A stretch of DNA of 64,000 nucleotides from Octopus bimaculoides (taxonomy: Eukaryota). The notes below the pieces were generated by a model that saw only the letters and a list, made by a program, of their open reading frames with translations, had not been told where the DNA came from and did no database searches. A program made the translations under genes and the position numbers. The stretch lies in contig NC_068992.1 in assembly GCF_001194135.2 (NCBI RefSeq), positions 25,146,085 through 25,210,084 of the forward strand, read 5' to 3'. Below, piece by piece: positions 62,890-64,000 of this stretch. How positions within the stretch are numbered: position 1 is the first letter of the stretch; each line of letters opens with the position of its first letter.

Positions 62890-64000
62890 TGCGTGTGTGT
62901 GTGAGCTTGTAGGCATATAGAATATATGCATGTATAAAGTCATTGTATGTATGTTTTCATGCATACGCAGATTATTTCGTGAAAGAGACTTTATGTCTTA
63001 TCTCACAAACAGTGTAAACAACTAACTCTTCTAACTCTTCTACCCAATCCTTTTTATTAGGTCAAAATTTGCAACTTCTTCACTATCTATATATATCATA
63101 CGCACTATTTTATGTTACAAAGAAACTCTACAGATTGTTATACGATGAAAATGAAAAAAAAAAAGATTAAATGCTATAATGATATGTGCTGATCGCAATT
63201 CGCTAAGCTCCAGTCTGCACTGGACAGATTAATGAAGTACCCAATTTCATGTATATCCATGTATGTATGTATGTAATATATATATATATATATATGCGAG
63301 TAAAAATAAATACAAAAAANNNNNNNNNNNNNNNNNNNNNNNNNNNNNNNNNNNNNNNNNNNNNNNNNNNNNNNNNNNNNNNNNNNNNNNNNNNNNNNNN
63401 NNNNNNNNNNNNNNNNNNNATATATATATATATACATGTATATATATACATACATATGCACTCGTATATATAGAAGACCATCGTATTTATATATGTGTAT
63501 TTTATGCACACATATAAATATATATATTTATATATGTGTGTATATAAATAAATATATATGTATGTATACATACATATATACATACAAACACACGCACGCG
63601 CGCACACACATACACATATAAATAAATGTATGATGACGGACTCTCTTGTGAACGATCATTGAGGGTTCAGGAAAATAAAGTGTTAATGATGTTCTGTTTT
63701 CACGAACGTGCCTCTTGAGGCCTGCTGGTTCCTTGGAAAACTTTTGGCAAATGAAACAAGTTGAGGATTCAGTTTACTTGAGTGCTTGTGGATCATTCAA
63801 TATGTATTCCCTTGACTGGATACCAAGGCATACTTTGTTTCATATCAGTAAAACCACAATAACAGATAAAGTTGCCATTTAGAAGAACAGCGTTTTGCCA
63901 GCGGGCCTTCATGTAGGTGAGTTTACGCAAATTTTTTAACTGAGGAGAAGCAGAACAGGAGCTAGGTCCTGCGTTCTGATGTTTTGTTTTCACAGGAAAA

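Noticed and set aside
63780-63925. Candidate exon before AG/GTGAGT donor at 63917
   Set aside because: Stops occur in all frames just upstream of the donor, and the minus ORF is unrecognised.

Overview
Repeat-saturated eukaryotic DNA, AT-rich and gappy (many N runs flanked by TA/CA microsatellites). The SINE and microsatellite content suggests an octopus-like cephalopod (inference, not verified). No host protein-coding gene can be supported: nearly all long ORFs in the track are microsatellite or N-gap artefacts. What is present: (i) about 30 copies or fragments of four tRNA-headed SINE families, labelled A-D here, that share modules (octopus OK/OR1/OR2 SINEs are published but I cannot assign these copies to them); (ii) decayed R4/Dong-NeSL-type RLE LINE fragments plus a ~550-bp non-coding repeat (F); four of these insertions (two LINE 3' ends, two F) plus one F 5' end abut (AAT)n on the same strand; (iii) a decayed RTE LINE, a Tc1/maT fragment, and a mariner split by an inversion; (iv) a dispersed, degenerate 5.8S rRNA copy abutting a SINE head; (v) several short Penelope-like elements carrying minimal hammerhead ribozyme (HHR) motifs. 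The best candidate for an undescribed system is the chimeric element at 16784-17065: tRNA-like Pol III head + (AAT)n + hammerhead, bracketed by a 35-bp inverted repeat. A sibling copy at 51.9 kb keeps an intact ribozyme. Boundaries were read by eye and are approximate, except where exact motifs are quoted.
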